DNA of 32,000 nucleotides from Methanomicrobiales archaeon (GCA_035542115.1 DATKMC010000069.1:20240-52239), one strand, 5' to 3'; positions 9,401 to 17,290 are shown, counted from the first letter of the stretch. The notes: generated by a model from the letters alone, not told the origin. A program made the numbers and translations.

Positions 9401-10417
9401 ATGACCCCGTTGTCCAGGAAGGGTGAGGCGGAGCGGTTCGCGCTCCGGGCGGAGGCCCTTGCCGAGCAGGGGAGATTCGAGGAGGCCGTCGCCGAGTTCG
9501 ACCGGGGCCTTGCCCTCGCCCCCTCGGACTGGGAGATCTGGTTCAAGAAGGGCCTCGTGCAGAAGACCATGGGCCTCTACGAGGATGCCCTTGCCTCCCT
9601 TGACCAGGCCCTCGGGGACCGGCCGGGTGAGGCCCTCGTCTGGTTCCAGAAGGGGCTCGTCCTCGGCATGCTCGGGAGGATCGAGGAAGCCCTCCGGTGC
9701 TTTGATACCATCCTTGTGCTGGACCCGAGCTATGCCATCCGGGCCTGGCATGAGAAGGGGGTGAGCCTCGGCCGGCTGGGCCGGTACGAAGAGGCCCTCC
9801 AGTCCTGGGACCGGATCATCGAGAAGGACCCGAAGTACGTCATGGCCTGGTACAGCAAGGGCATCATCCTCTCGTATCTCGGCAGGTTCGACGAGGCGCT
9901 CCACTCCTTTGACCGGGGCCTCGAGATCTATCCCCGGAGCCCGGACCTCTGGTACCAGAAGGGGCTCATCTTCACCCGGACAAAGAACTTCGGGCGCGCC
10001 CAGAAATGCTACGAGATGGCCCTCTCCATCAACCCCCGGCACGAGGGGTCCAACCTCGAGCTCGGGATGATCCTCGAGATGAACGGCCACTACGAGAAGG
10101 CGTTCCTCATCTTCGACCGGGTCCTCAAGATGGACCCCGAGAACCCGAAGGCCTGGTACCAGAAGGGGACGACCCTCCAGGGGCTCGGGAGGAATGACGA
10201 AGCCCTGGAGTGCTTCGGGAAGGCCCTGGAGCTCGACCCCGGGAACATGTATATCTGGTTCTCGAAGGCCCTCCTCCTCGCATCCCTCGGCCGTGTCGGG
10301 GAGGCCGTGGAGGCCCTCGACGGGGCCCTCGCCATCCAGGACGTCCCCGAGGTTCGGAGGCTCCGGGACTCCCTCGCCGCCGGGTCCTCCGGTGACACGG
10401 GTTCGCCGGGCGGCTGA
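9401..10417 (+). CDS. TPR-repeat protein (about 9 tandem 34-aa repeats)
   Basis: Repeated W/Y..KG..L..LGR..EAL..FD.AL..DP pattern throughout. ATG 9401 is preferred over the TTG at 9311 from the ORF track. A TATA-like GTTTAATAA lies at 9293-9301. Confidence 0.85.
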   Translation: MTPLSRKGEAERFALRAEALAEQGRFEEAVAEFDRGLALAPSDWEIWFKKGLVQKTMGLYEDALASLDQALGDRPGEALVWFQKGLVLGMLGRIEEALRCFDTILVLDPSYAIRAWHEKGVSLGRLGRYEEALQSWDRIIEKDPKYVMAWYSKGIILSYLGRFDEALHSFDRGLEIYPRSPDLWYQKGLIFTRTKNFGRAQKCYEMALSINPRHEGSNLELGMILEMNGHYEKAFLIFDRVLKMDPENPKAWYQKGTTLQGLGRNDEALECFGKALELDPGNMYIWFSKALLLASLGRVGEAVEALDGALAIQDVPEVRRLRDSLAAGSSGDTGSPGG

Positions 10418-10467
10418 ACCGCCGGAGGATTAGGGGATCCGAACGGGCGGCCCGGCGAGAGGGCGTC

Positions 10468-10496
10468 CTTTTCAAAAATTGTTCCCCGGAAAAAGA
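10468..10496. terminator. Bidirectional oligo-T terminator region between the convergent TPR and beta-propeller genes
   Basis: CCTTTTCAAAAATTGTTCCCCGGAAAAAGAGG supplies T-runs on both strands. Archaeal termination uses oligo-T tracts. Confidence 0.45.
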
Positions 10497-10529
10497 GGGT
10501 GAGCCACCGGCTCCTGCAGGCCGGTCCCT

Positions 10530-11621
10530 TCAGCGGGACCGGGCCCGTCCTGCCATGGCAGCAAGGACGGCGATGGCGATGGCGATGGCCGGCAGGATCT
10601 CCGGCAGGGGCATGGGCGTCGGTGCTGGGTTCGCCCCGGTCCCGGCCTGGCCCGGTGCGGCGCCCGTGGGGGAGGCGAAATCATACATATAGATGTCGGC
10701 ATTCCCGTTCCGGTGGTCCTCCCAGACGACCCGGTCGCCCCAGAGGGCAGGCGAGCGCTGGTCGGCCCCGCCGGTAGCGAGGGCGGTCTCCTTCCCGGTG
10801 GAGATGGTGTACATGTAGATGTCGACATTCCCGTTCCGGTAATCCTCCCAGACGATCCGGTCGCCCCAGACCCGCGGGTTGCGCTGGTCGGCCGGGTCGG
10901 TGGTGACCTGCAGCTCCTTCCCGGTCGCGGTGTCTAAGAGGTAGATATCGTCGTTCCCGTTCCTCTTGTCCTGCCAGACTACGAGGTCCTCGTAGATCCA
11001 GGGGTTGTACTGGCTCGAAACCTCCGTCGTGAGCCGGGACTCGCTCCCGGTCGCGAGGTCGCAGAGGTGGATGAGGCTCGTCCCGGTGCTCCCGTCCGTC
11101 CAGACCAGGCGGGTGCCCCAGATGGCCGGAGAGCGGCGTGAACCGGAGCCGGGCGGGAGCTTTACCTCCCGGGCATCGGTGGAGTTATAGACCACGATAT
11201 CGGCCTGGCCATCCCGGGAGGTCTCCCAGACGACGAGGGGGCCGGATACCCGGGGGAACTTCTGGTTGACGGCGCCGGTGCTGATGAGCCGGCTCGTCCG
11301 GGAGACCAGGTTGTAGAGATAGATATCAGGGCTTCCCTGCGTGAGGTCCGTTGCGGCGATGAGGTTGTCCCAGATGGCGGGGGACTTCCGGTCCTTCGGG
11401 CCTTTCGTGATACGGGTCGTGCTCGCCGTGTCAATGTCATAGAGGTAGATATCGAGGTTCGCGTTCCGGGCATCGGTCCAGACGATCCGGTTTCCCCAGA
11501 TGGCGGGACCGGTCTGGTCGGCGGGGTCCGAGGTGATCTGGACCTCCCCGGCGAGGGCGCAGGAGACGAGGGGGACGAGGAGAAGGAGGGCAAGGAGGAC
11601 AACAGGCGGCCGTGGTGACAT
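10530..11621 (-). CDS. Secreted or cell-surface 7-bladed beta-propeller repeat protein (TolB/PD40-like) with a C-terminal transmembrane anchor
   Basis: It starts with a signal peptide MSPRPPVVLLALLLLVPLVSCALAG. Seven repeats of about 42 aa follow (P.IWG.RIVW.D.RNGN.DIY.Y...). The C-terminus is a Pro/Thr linker followed by ILPAIAIAIAVLAAMAGRARSR. ATG 11621 is preferred over the TTG at 11627. Confidence 0.85.
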   Translation of the reverse strand: MSPRPPVVLLALLLLVPLVSCALAGEVQITSDPADQTGPAIWGNRIVWTDARNANLDIYLYDIDTASTTRITKGPKDRKSPAIWDNLIAATDLTQGSPDIYLYNLVSRTSRLISTGAVNQKFPRVSGPLVVWETSRDGQADIVVYNSTDAREVKLPPGSGSRRSPAIWGTRLVWTDGSTGTSLIHLCDLATGSESRLTTEVSSQYNPWIYEDLVVWQDKRNGNDDIYLLDTATGKELQVTTDPADQRNPRVWGDRIVWEDYRNGNVDIYMYTISTGKETALATGGADQRSPALWGDRVVWEDHRNGNADIYMYDFASPTGAAPGQAGTGANPAPTPMPLPEILPAIAIAIAVLAAMAGRARSR

Positions 11622-11722
11622 ATGCAATCATTCTTTCGTTATAATATATAATGCCTTCCTTTTCATTTTATGGTGTTATCAAGTGTATCATTGCTTTTCG
11701 CAAAAGATATTTGGGAATATGT
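11622..11722. promoter_or_regulatory. AT-rich divergent promoter island between the beta-propeller gene (-) and the lipoprotein-like gene (+)
   Basis: This is by eye the most AT-rich about 100 bp of the window. On the minus strand, CATTATATATTATAAC (11639-11652) lies about 20-30 nt upstream of ATG 11621. Confidence 0.5.
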
Positions 11723-11815
11723 CGGCTTCCGCCCCGGAGTTCCTGTCGGTGGGTCGTCGGAATACGGGCCCCGGGGGGCCCATCCTTTTATGCTCGACCG
11801 GGCCTACTCCCTTCT

Positions 11816-12370
11816 ATGCAGCTCTCCGGCCCGGTTCTCCTTTCCCTTGCTATCGCCTCCCTCCTCCTCGCCGCCGGATGCCAGGGTCCCGCCGGAAATA
11901 CCGGCGGGACCGGGTCAACCCCTGCCGCCGGGGGCACCACGGTGCGGGGCCCCGTGGTCGCCGCGGATGCCTACCCGCCCGCGGAGCCGTATGAGATCGA
12001 CCCCCGGTTCGTGAGGAACAGCCCCCAGTACCGGGTTGACCCGGCCCTCTTCACGGAGGTGTTCCACGAGCAGTACTCCATGAACTACAACAGCGAGGGG
12101 CTTATCGCCACCGTCGATGAAGCCCCCCTCGTCATCGACTTCTCGGTCACCCCGGGCAACCGCGACCCCGTGTACAGCTTCTTCATTCTCACGGTCCGGG
12201 ACGCCAGCTCCGGGCACGTGGTCGGGCAGGAGGGATACGGGCGAACCTTCTCCACCGAGAGCCCGAAGCGGCTGGTCTTCCTCGTCCCCGGGAAATACCA
12301 TCTCAACCTGTACGGGAACTGGGTGGACGCGGACCTGAGTATCCGGATGAAGAAACAGGGGCCTCCTTGA
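11816..12370 (+). CDS. Hypothetical lipoprotein-like secreted protein
   Basis: From ATG 11816 the protein reads MQLSGPVLLSLAIASLLLAAGCQGP, a signal peptide with a lipobox-like LAAGC followed by a Gly/Thr linker. A TATA-like CTTTTATG at 11785-11792 lies about 25 nt upstream. The upstream ORF extension to 11651 crosses the AT-rich promoter island. Confidence 0.7.
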   Translation: MQLSGPVLLSLAIASLLLAAGCQGPAGNTGGTGSTPAAGGTTVRGPVVAADAYPPAEPYEIDPRFVRNSPQYRVDPALFTEVFHEQYSMNYNSEGLIATVDEAPLVIDFSVTPGNRDPVYSFFILTVRDASSGHVVGQEGYGRTFSTESPKRLVFLVPGKYHLNLYGNWVDADLSIRMKKQGPP

Positions 12371-13107
12371 CGGCTCATGATAGCAGGGATGCTGCCACGC
12401 CGGCGGATATCGTGGAGGCCGTACGGGATGAGCTTCGGCATCATGCGGATGAAGCGACAAGAGACGGCGCACGGCGGTTTTTCAGGGAGGAGATCACCCG
12501 CTACGGCGTGAAGACGCCCGTCGCAAGAGAGATCGCCCGGCGGTATTTCCGGGTTATCAGGAACAGGGGAAAGCGGGAGGTCTTTGCCCTCTGCGAGGAG
12601 CTGTTCAGGTCCGGGTACATGGAGGAGGCCTTTATCGCGGCTGACTGGGCGGACCGGGTCCACAGCGAATACGAAACCGGCGACTTTGACGTCTTCGAGG
12701 CATGGATCGGGAAATACGTCGATAGCTGGGCGAAGTGCGATACCCTCTGCAATCATGCCGTCGGATCCTTCATCGAACAGTTCCCGGAGCACCTGCCGGG
12801 CCTGAAGAGATGGACCGGGTCGAGGAACCGGTGGCTGAGGCGGGCCGCGGCGGTGACCCTGGTCCTCCCCGCCCGGAGGGGGCTGTTCATTGAGGATGTT
12901 CTCGACATCGCAGGCCGGCTGTTGCAGGATCCCGATGACCTCGTGCAGAAGGGATACGGGTGGCTCCTGAAGGAGGCGGGCAAGGCTCACCCGGACGAGG
13001 TCTTCCGGTTTGTTATGGAACACCGGAAGGACATGCCCCGGACCGCTCTCAGATATGCCATCGAGAAGATGCCGGCGGAATGGAAGAGGCAGGCGATGAA
13101 GAGGTGA
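12367..13107 (+). CDS. DNA alkylation repair protein (AlkD-like HEAT-repeat family)
   Basis: 246-aa ORF with a pattern typical of the DNA_alkylation family: ...ARRFFREEITRYGVKTPVAREIA...WAKCDTLC...RWLRRAAAV...QKGYGWLLKE. The start is uncertain, either TTG 12367 (4-nt overlap with the upstream stop) or GTG 12412. Confidence 0.8.
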   Translation: MTAHDSRDAATPADIVEAVRDELRHHADEATRDGARRFFREEITRYGVKTPVAREIARRYFRVIRNRGKREVFALCEELFRSGYMEEAFIAADWADRVHSEYETGDFDVFEAWIGKYVDSWAKCDTLCNHAVGSFIEQFPEHLPGLKRWTGSRNRWLRRAAAVTLVLPARRGLFIEDVLDIAGRLLQDPDDLVQKGYGWLLKEAGKAHPDEVFRFVMEHRKDMPRTALRYAIEKMPAEWKRQAMKR

Positions 13108-13119
13108 AGGCCGGGAAAA

Positions 13120-13204
13120 TGCGAGGGGAGGGATTTGAACCCACGAACTCCTACGAGACTGGCCCCTCAAGCCAGCGCCTTTGACCTGGCTTGGCAACCC
13201 TCGC
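13120..13204 (-). tRNA. tRNA-Leu (anticodon GAG), class II with a long variable arm
   Basis: The reverse complement folds by hand into a cloverleaf. The acceptor stem is GCGAGGG/CCCTCGC with discriminator A. The anticodon stem is CTGGC/GCCAG with loop TTGAGGG. The variable arm is TCTCGTAGGAGTT and the T-loop is TTCAAAT. No CCA is encoded. The T-stem GTGGG/CCCTC contains one U-U mismatch. Confidence 0.85.
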
Positions 13205-13317
13205 GCCTACATATGTACACTCGTGGATCACAAGAATCTTCTCCTTCGCACTACCCCGGGGGTTCCGCCATTGCCGTCATATTCGTCCCTCTGTCATGAC
13301 CCTTCCGGGGCATGGAT

Positions 13318-13330
13318 GTATATATCTATA
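13318..13330 (+). promoter_or_regulatory. TATA-like element (GTATATATCTATA) upstream of the ACT-regulator gene
   Basis: About 20-30 nt upstream of ATG 13349, with no Shine-Dalgarno sequence between. Confidence 0.45.
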
Positions 13331-13348
13331 CGACGCTTATTCTCCTCC

Positions 13349-13849
13349 ATGTGGTCCCTCATCCTGCAGGAGTTCGCCGACTCCCCTGCCCAGGCCCGGG
13401 TGGCGAAGTTCCTCCTCGAGAACGGCTTCGGGGTGAACGACGAGGGAAAGGTGGTGGCGAACGGCGTCGAGATCCCGGCCACCCACATCGCCCTCGTCAT
13501 CGGGGCCGACCGCCGGGTGGTGGATGCAACGGCCCGGCGGATCCTCTCGGTGCCTGCCATCAGGCCGGTCTTTCAGAACCTGCGGGCCACCCCCGACCTC
13601 TCCCGGGTCGCCGAGGCCCTCGGGCTCTCCTCCTTCACGGTCATCCCTAAGAACGCCCAGGAGCGGGGGATCGTGAGCGCAGTCCTCCGGGTAGTCCAGG
13701 GGCGGAGGCTCACCATCCGGCAGATCTTCGTCACCGATCCCTACTTCGCCGAGGAGCCGAAGCTCGTCGTGATCACCGAGGAGAAGGTGCCGCCCGGCCT
13801 CTTCGAGGAGATCCGCGCCCTCCCGCAGGTGAAGCAGGTCATTATCTGA
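13349..13849 (+). CDS. ACT-domain regulator of amino-acid metabolism (COG2150-like, N-terminal wHTH)
   Basis: From ATG 13349 the protein reads MWSLILQEFADSPAQARVAKFLLENGF...LTIRQIFVTDPYFAEEPKLVVITEEKVPPGL, which matches the conserved archaeal family pattern. The ORF-track start at 13181 would overlap tRNA-Leu. A TATA-like element lies at 13319-13326. Confidence 0.85.
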   Translation: MWSLILQEFADSPAQARVAKFLLENGFGVNDEGKVVANGVEIPATHIALVIGADRRVVDATARRILSVPAIRPVFQNLRATPDLSRVAEALGLSSFTVIPKNAQERGIVSAVLRVVQGRRLTIRQIFVTDPYFAEEPKLVVITEEKVPPGLFEEIRALPQVKQVII

Positions 13850-14321
13850 AGCATTCCATCTCGAGGTAGAGCCGGTAGATCCTCCGCCGGACCCTCTTCT
13901 TCTGCCGGATGGCTCCCGCGAGGGTGTCCTGGATGCACGCCTCCCTGGTACCGTGAACCAGGTTGTCGGCGTTCGCCACGATCTTCTCCTCGAGGGTTTC
14001 GGGTATGCAGTCCCTCGGGACGAGCCGCCCGAGGGAGCACTCGTCGGCGGTGAGCCCCGCGCCGATGTGCCGCTCGATGATGCTCGCGATGGCGGGGTCG
14101 AGGCCGTACGACCGGGCGATCTCCGCGCCGCGCTGGGCGTGGGCGATGCCGTGGATCATGCTCCGGCCGATGTCATGGAGCATGGCTCCGGCCAAGACGA
14201 GATCGCGGTCGGCGACGGAGTTCCCGGTAAAAGAGAGGGCGAGGCCGGTGACCGCCTTTGCGTGGGCGATGACAGACCGGTCGCAGCCCGCCCGGACGAG
14301 GAGCGCCTCCCACTTCACCAC
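13842..14321 (-). CDS. HD/HDIG-domain metal-dependent phosphohydrolase (TIGR00295-like)
   Basis: Motifs LHDIGR and ERHIGAGL are present. The longest ORF reaches ATG 14429. However, family-like sequence only starts at VVKWEALLVRAG (GTG at 14321 or 14318), and the extra 36 codons are made of a repeat element that is also found upstream of cdc6. The 3' end overlaps the ACT gene by 8 nt. Confidence 0.8.
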   Translation of the reverse strand: MVKWEALLVRAGCDRSVIAHAKAVTGLALSFTGNSVADRDLVLAGAMLHDIGRSMIHGIAHAQRGAEIARSYGLDPAIASIIERHIGAGLTADECSLGRLVPRDCIPETLEEKIVANADNLVHGTREACIQDTLAGAIRQKKRVRRRIYRLYLEMECFR

Positions 14322-14339
14322 CAGGCCTTCGGCCTGTCG
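14320..14339. repeat. Related copy of the hairpin-repeat core (between TFE and the HD gene)
   Basis: accaggccttcggcctgtcg matches 24018-24037 at 19/20 positions in the same orientation, and the CTCGCTCGG motif recurs at 14394-14402 (compare 24041-24049). Confidence 0.6.
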
Positions 14340-14421
14340 GCTACCCCCCAGGCTGATGCCCTCGGGGTCACCACCTCGCTCCGCTCGGTGGTTCTCGCTC
14401 GGACTAGCATCCTCGCGGTCC

Positions 14422-14937
14422 TCACTCATACCCGAGGCATTCGCGGAGGGCGGAGATCCGGCGCTTCAGGGCCGAGAGGAGGGCCTCGTTGTCAAAGTGC
14501 TCCACGGGCTGGGAGCACCGGGGGCAGGCGAAGTCCAGCTCCATGACCTCGTTGAAGGTGAAGGTCCCGCAGGTCTCGCAGAGGTAGAAGTCGTTCTCTT
14601 CCTCGAAGTTCTCCCGGGCCTCGAGCTTCTCGAGGATGAGCTTCATGTCCTCGAGGATGGCCGCCTCGACCCGGTCGAGCCGGAGGGTCCAGAGGTAGGT
14701 GAGCCAGCCGGTCTCGGTGTTCTTCAGCCGCCGGTACTCGGCGAGCCGCTTCTCGTAGAGGGTGTAGAGGGTGTGCCGGACCGAGTTCAGGTTGATCCCC
14801 GTCTTCTCGGCAAGGTCCTCGTCGCTGTTCTCCCCCTCCTCGGGAAAGCGCCCCAGGAGATCGAGCCCCTCGTCCCCGATGAGCCGGTGGAGGTACGACC
14901 TCACCGCCTCGTCCTTCAGGATCTCCGTGATGGACAT
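14422..14937 (-). CDS. tfe: Transcription factor E (archaeal TFIIE-alpha homologue)
   Basis: N-terminal winged helix (DEDLAEKTGINLNSVRHTLYTLYEKRL) plus a zinc ribbon (CETCG...CPRC). The start is ATG 14937 or GTG 14940, overlapping the upstream stop TGA at 14937-14939. Confidence 0.9.
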   Translation of the reverse strand: MSITEILKDEAVRSYLHRLIGDEGLDLLGRFPEEGENSDEDLAEKTGINLNSVRHTLYTLYEKRLAEYRRLKNTETGWLTYLWTLRLDRVEAAILEDMKLILEKLEARENFEEENDFYLCETCGTFTFNEVMELDFACPRCSQPVEHFDNEALLSALKRRISALRECLGYE

Positions 14938-16013
14938 CACCCTCTCATATATCGCTCCAGCTTGTTAAGGGTGCTGGCAAGGTCCCGGAGGGCAGCTTCG
15001 CGGTCCGGCCCCGTGCCGAACAGGCTCACGACCGCCTGCCCCTCCTCAAAGGAGGTCCCCGGCCAGGGGATGTCCGCGACCCGGGGGGCGAACCGGGACA
15101 GGTCCTCCGAGAGGACGAGGTCCCGGTCGGCAAAGAGGATCCTCCGCACGGCGCAGCGCCCGGGCTCCGGCACGGGGGCCGGGAGCATCCCCCGGCAGGC
15201 GTCCAGATGGAGGGAGAAGAGGGAGAGGCCGGAGGCCGCCTCGACGGTGTCCACCGTGGCCTGGAACCGGGGGTTCACCTCGATGGCGATGGCATCCTCC
15301 CCGAGGACGAAGTCGACCCCCGCGGACCCGACGCAACCGCTCCCCGCGACGGCACGGACCGCGAGGTCCCTCATCCTCCCGGCGAGGGGATGGTCAAGGG
15401 GCGTGACCGACCCGGTGAAGCCGAAGGGGGCGGCATCCCCTCCACGGAGGAGCTGCTCGTTCACCGCGATGGCGACGGCGTGATGCCCATCGGCGATGCA
15501 GGAGACGCTCGCGGGAACACCTCCGACCTGCTTCTGGAGGAGCGGCTCCGCCCCTTCGCTCTCCCGGTACCACCGGTCAAGGTCATCCCGGGACCGGATA
15601 ATGGCGTTCCGCCATCCCCCGGCCCCGATCCTCGGTTTCACCACGTAGGGGAAGTCATCCTCCGCCGCGAGGGGCGGGGCGGGGATCCCCTCCCGCTCGA
15701 AGAACCGCTGGACCTCGAGCTTGTCGAGGAGCCGGGCGGCGGTCCGGGGATCGGTGCCGGCGAGGGGGACCGGGGGGCCGAAGGTCTCGGCTCCCGAAGT
15801 AGGGATGAACCAGTCCGCACGATGCCGCCGCGCCATCTCCATGATGCGGTCGGGGAGATCCTCCAGTTCCTCGAATTTCAGCCGGTCCTCGGTGTACCAC
15901 GGCAGGTCCAGGTCGCAGAAGTGGTCCACCGCGCAGACCGTGTACCCCGCCTTCCAGGCGGACTGCACCACGTGCCGGGTGGTAAATCCGGCGATGAGGA
16001 CCCTTCCCTTCAC
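14937..16013 (-). CDS. ATP-grasp domain protein (COG2232-like predicted carboligase)
   Basis: The family-like sequence starts [16 protein letters not shown] and continues ...[11 protein letters not shown]...IEVNPRF. The GTG at 16013 overlaps the aTrm56 stop (GTGA). The ORF-track extension to 16313 is Arg/Gly/Pro-rich and lies inside aTrm56. Confidence 0.8.
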   Translation of the reverse strand: MKGRVLIAGFTTRHVVQSAWKAGYTVCAVDHFCDLDLPWYTEDRLKFEELEDLPDRIMEMARRHRADWFIPTSGAETFGPPVPLAGTDPRTAARLLDKLEVQRFFEREGIPAPPLAAEDDFPYVVKPRIGAGGWRNAIIRSRDDLDRWYRESEGAEPLLQKQVGGVPASVSCIADGHHAVAIAVNEQLLRGGDAAPFGFTGSVTPLDHPLAGRMRDLAVRAVAGSGCVGSAGVDFVLGEDAIAIEVNPRFQATVDTVEAASGLSLFSLHLDACRGMLPAPVPEPGRCAVRRILFADRDLVLSEDLSRFAPRVADIPWPGTSFEEGQAVVSLFGTGPDREAALRDLASTLNKLERYMRG

Positions 16014-16531
16014 GGCACGGTCCTCTTCCCGTGCGGGCTCGGCTCTATCCGGAGCTCCGCATCCGGGTACGTCCGGTCGAGCTCGGCCCCCTCGAAGAGG
16101 TGGTCGAGGAAGACGGCCACCCCCGAGATCTCGGAGTGGGGCTGCGTGGTCACCGAGACGTTGTAGTCCGCGAGCCCGTATACATCGCCCGGCACCTTCT
16201 CGGCGCCGACAACGACGAGGATCTTCTCCTTTCCCCGTATCTCCCCGATGACCTCCCGCAGGGGGAGGCCGTACATGGTGAGGTGGACCACGGTGCCTCC
16301 CTTCCCCTTCCACGCCCGGATGCAGCTATTCCACGAGACCCCGTCTTTGACGAAGAAGTGGCCGCCCCACCGGGCCGCCACGTCCCTGAGGCTGACCGCC
16401 ACGCCGGGGTCATCGGCCGCGAGGTACATGCCGTCGGCACCGAAGGCCCGTGCCGCGAGGCCGACGTGGGTGGTGACCCGCTTGTCCCGGAAGGGCCGGT
16501 GGCCGATCCGGAGGACGCAGACCTCCTTCAT
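16010..16531 (-). CDS. trm56: tRNA (cytidine56-2'-O)-methyltransferase aTrm56 (SPOUT)
   Basis: From ATG 16531 the protein reads [34 protein letters not shown]...HLTMYGL...VVVGAEKVP...[14 protein letters not shown], a close match to the characterised aTrm56 pattern. Confidence 0.9.
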   Translation of the reverse strand: MKEVCVLRIGHRPFRDKRVTTHVGLAARAFGADGMYLAADDPGVAVSLRDVAARWGGHFFVKDGVSWNSCIRAWKGKGGTVVHLTMYGLPLREVIGEIRGKEKILVVVGAEKVPGDVYGLADYNVSVTTQPHSEISGVAVFLDHLFEGAELDRTYPDAELRIEPSPHGKRTVP

Positions 16532-16815
16532 CTGCCCTTCCGCTCCTCGCCGGTCTTCACCCGGATGACACCGTTCTCGAAGACGAGGGGGCTGTCCACC
16601 TCGTTCCTCGCCTGGCAGAGGAGGATAGCCTCGGGGAGCGAGAGGGCCCTCAGCTCGTCCCCCCTCCGCTCGATGAGGAGGTACCGCTCGAGCCGACAGA
16701 GGGAGGCCTCGACGAGGGCCGGCTCGTACCCGGTCCCCGCGAGGTCTCCTGCCGTCCGGACCTTCCCGTCGAGGAGCGCGTGGTAGATCTCCCAGTCCAG
16801 GTCCTCGTCCCGCAC
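16528..16815 (-). CDS. Small winged-helix-like protein (hypothetical)
   Basis: This frame gives [50 protein letters not shown], a wHTH-like sequence. The GTG at 16815 lies about 24 nt downstream of the AT-rich TATA element at 16839-16850, suggesting a leaderless transcript. The stop overlaps the aTrm56 ATG (ATGA). The longer ORF to 16995 would read through the TATA element. Confidence 0.55.
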   Translation of the reverse strand: MRDEDLDWEIYHALLDGKVRTAGDLAGTGYEPALVEASLCRLERYLLIERRGDELRALSLPEAILLCQARNEVDSPLVFENGVIRVKTGEERKGR

Positions 16816-16838
16816 ACGTACCCATCGCGGGGGGGAGG

Positions 16839-16850
16839 ATATATTATTTA
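16839..16850. promoter_or_regulatory. Shared AT-rich TATA element (ATATATTATTTA) between the minus-strand wHTH-aTrm56 operon and the plus-strand gene at 16904
   Basis: It is the only AT-rich stretch in the 88-bp divergent spacer, 24 nt from GTG 16815 and about 54 nt from ATG 16904. Confidence 0.5.
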
Positions 16851-16903
16851 GGGAACGGGCAGATTTCCCGTAATGCGAATCTCCGCGGGAGAAGGGTAAA
16901 TGC

Positions 16904-17290
16904 ATGATCGATCCCATTGAACTCGCCGAGCTTGCGGATCGGGTCCTCGCCATCGCGGGGGAGAACGTGAAGACTCTCGCGGAGGTGCTGGACACCCTCG
17001 ATGCCGAGGCCCGGGGGGAGCTCCTCGCCTCCGACCTCCTGAACGCCCTCCAGTCCTTCTACTACCACTTCCGGGAGATGCCCACGCTCCTCGGGGAGGA
17101 ACGGCTCATGCTGCAGCCGGCCGCCGCCGCCTTCGAGGGGATCGTCTTCGAGGAGGAGAACGACCTCGGGCTCGTCTTCCGGGTGGGGGAAGGGGGCCCG
17201 GTCATCGAGGTGACCGAGGCGGGAGAACCGGTCGTCCGGTTCGAGGGTGCCTCGGCGTACCGCGGTGCGAGGCATTACCTGGAAGAGTGA
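16904..17290 (+). CDS. Hypothetical acidic protein
   Basis: 128-aa ORF with an ATG start and a GGGAGAAGGG purine tract 8-18 nt upstream. Codon third positions are G+C-rich as in neighbouring genes. I recognise no motif. Confidence 0.6.
   Translation: MIDPIELAELADRVLAIAGENVKTLAEVLDTLDAEARGELLASDLLNALQSFYYHFREMPTLLGEERLMLQPAAAAFEGIVFEEENDLGLVFRVGEGGPVIEVTEAGEPVVRFEGASAYRGARHYLEE

Noticed and set aside
13210-13219. Perfect 10-bp palindrome TACATATGTA just upstream of tRNA-Leu, considered as its TATA box.
   Set aside because: It lies only about 6-15 nt from the mature 5' end, which is too close for a TATA box (about 25-30 nt is expected). It may be part of the leader or chance. No promoter call is made for tRNA-Leu.
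13181-13348. Upstream extension of the ACT-regulator ORF.
   Set aside because: It would overlap tRNA-Leu and run across the TATA-like element. Family-like sequence begins at ATG 13349.
16014-16313. 100-codon upstream extension of the ATP-grasp ORF (track start 16313).
   Set aside because: It lies entirely within the aTrm56 coding region in another frame and has Arg/Gly/Pro-rich composition. The GTG at 16013 gives a typical GTGA stop/start junction.
16532-16825. 98-codon N-terminal extension of aTrm56 (ORF 16010-16825 from ATG 16825).
   Set aside because: The extension is Arg/Gly/Pro-rich with no homology. The alternative frame encodes a plausible wHTH protein, and aTrm56 homology starts exactly at ATG 16531.
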